DNA from: an uncultured Verrucomicrobiae bacterium
Lineage (GTDB): Bacteria > Verrucomicrobiota > Verrucomicrobiia > Opitutales > JABDGR01
Assembly (NCBI GenBank): GCA_963765205.1
Contig: CAVXVB010000009.1
Location: 864,001-928,000 of the forward strand
DNA: 64,000 nt
Direction: 5' to 3'
Part shown: positions 62,776 to 64,000 of the stretch, in pieces
Position numbering within the stretch: the stretch's first letter is position 1
Layout: the number at the start of each line of letters is the position of its first letter
Notes under the pieces: generated by a model
Told to the model about the DNA's origin: nothing
The model's input: only the letters and a program-made list of their open reading frames with translations
The model's database searches: none
Position numbers and translations under genes: made by a program

Positions 62776-63743
62776 ATACCTTGCTGCGCAACCGGCTGCC
62801 GCAACTGACGACGGCGGTGATTTTCGTTCTGTTGTTCACCGCCGCCAGCCTGCGGTATGATTATTTTTTCTCCGCGCGCAACGTGGCCGATCTTTTCATC
62901 GGCAACGCCAGCCTGGGAGTGATCGCGGTGGGGATGACGCTGGTGATTTTTTTGGGCGGCATTGATTTATCCGTCGGCGCAGTGGCCGGCTTTGCCAATA
63001 TTTTTTTCGCCGCCTTGGTGGCCAGACACGGCTGGCACCCGCTGCCGGCCTTGCTGGCAGGCTTGGCCCTCGGCGCGGCGTTTGGCGCGTTCATGGGCGC
63101 GTTGATCCATTTTTTCAAGCAGCCCGCGTTTTTGGTGACCCTGGCGGGCATGTTTTTCGCGCGCGGCTGCGCCTATTGGATCAGCGAATCCAGTATCACA
63201 GTGAAACAGCCGTTTTTTGTCCGTCTGACGGATTTTAAGGCTCCGCTGGGGGACGCCATGGTGCATCCGCTGCCGGCCTTCATTTTCTTGGTGGTGCTGG
63301 CGGCGGGCTACCTTGTGGCGCAATTCACCCGTTTCGGCCGTAACCTGCTCGCCATCGGCGGCAACGAGCAATCAGCCCTGCTCATGGGCCTGCCCGTGGG
63401 CGCGACGACGATTGCCGCCTATGCAACCTGCGGGGCGACCGCGGCGTTGGGCGGGCTGGTCAACACACTCATCACCGGTTCGGGCAATTGCACTTATGGC
63501 ATTGGCCTAGAACTCGACGCGATAGCGGTCGTGGTCATCGGCGGCACCCTCCTCACCGGCGGTCGCGGCCATCTGTTTGGCACGCTCTGTGGGGTGTTGA
63601 TCATCGGCACCATCCAGTCCGCCATCGCCTTTGACGGCACCCTTAGTTCCTCCTGGACGCGTATCATCACTGGCGCGCTGTTGCTGGCGTTTATCCTCTT
63701 CCAGCGCCTCCTCCTGCGCGCCACGCAAAAACGCTTTGCGTGA
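62772..63743 (+). CDS. yjfF: Sugar ABC transporter permease (YjfF-like)
   Basis: GGIDLSVG, FLVTLAGMFFARG, ELDAIAVVVIGGTLLTGG, LSSSWTRI. Confidence 0.85.
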   Translation: MNTLLRNRLPQLTTAVIFVLLFTAASLRYDYFFSARNVADLFIGNASLGVIAVGMTLVIFLGGIDLSVGAVAGFANIFFAALVARHGWHPLPALLAGLALGAAFGAFMGALIHFFKQPAFLVTLAGMFFARGCAYWISESSITVKQPFFVRLTDFKAPLGDAMVHPLPAFIFLVVLAAGYLVAQFTRFGRNLLAIGGNEQSALLMGLPVGATTIAAYATCGATAALGGLVNTLITGSGNCTYGIGLELDAIAVVVIGGTLLTGGRGHLFGTLCGVLIIGTIQSAIAFDGTLSSSWTRIITGALLLAFILFQRLLLRATQKRFA

Positions 63744-63765
63744 AAACAACGGCGCGCCGCCCAAG

Positions 63766-64000
63766 TCACACATCGCGCGCACAGCGAAAGCCGGTGTTGC
63801 CGGTCGAGCTGTCGGGCGTATTCGAGGTGCGCGCGCCGACGCGGTAGCGATTGCAATAAGAATGATGGCAGAGGTAGCTGCCGCCACGAATCACCTTGCG
63901 GTCGCCCGCTGGCGGACCGGTGGGGTCTGTGCGCAGACCGGTGACATGAAAGCTCGCGCTGAACCAGTCGTGGCACCATTCCCAAATGTTGCCTGCCACG
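63766..64000 (-). CDS. Formylglycine-generating enzyme (SUMF1/FGE), C-terminal part
   Basis: GNIWEWC.DW, RGGSYLCH.SYCNRYR..AR, GFRC. Confidence 0.88.
   Translation of the reverse strand, partial: VAGNIWEWCHDWFSASFHVTGLRTDPTGPPAGDRKVIRGGSYLCHHSYCNRYRVGARTSNTPDSSTGNTGFRCARDV

Overview
GC-rich bacterial chromosome segment; gene content and repeat types suggest Verrucomicrobiota (inference). Core genes include cysE, priA, nadA, a Fur-family regulator, MFS/ABC transporters, an SDR, a DegP-like protease, a 10-gene MoxR/DUF58/SpoIIM/RDD/B-box operon and a ytfQRT-yjfF-like sugar ABC system. The main discovery is a pair of closely related tyrosine integrases, each divergent from the 5' end of a different tRNA gene (Thr-UGU at 16057-16132 and Asn-GUU at 49271-49345). 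The first delimits a ~15.8 kb island (16095-31919) bounded by a duplication of the tRNA 5' half (positions 1-38, ending exactly at the anticodon loop), not the usual 3' end. This leaves the apparent native tRNA promoter in front of the dead fragment. The island carries a full urea-scavenging kit: a eukaryote-like urease set without ureE, a Ni permease, a porin and urtABCDE. Both elements share tandem TGTAACCC-N5-TGTAACCC boxes. Other notable items are: a tandem adenylate-kinase fusion next to a polyP:AMP phosphotransferase; an integrase-free toxin-antitoxin islet that duplicated the nadA 3' end; a thymidine-phosphorylase homolog lacking its phosphate loop; a 23-bp motif flanking a secreted-protein gene; a complete IS5 splitting a cupin gene; and a truncated IS256. 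Several single-base frameshifts in homopolymers suggest long-read indel errors.
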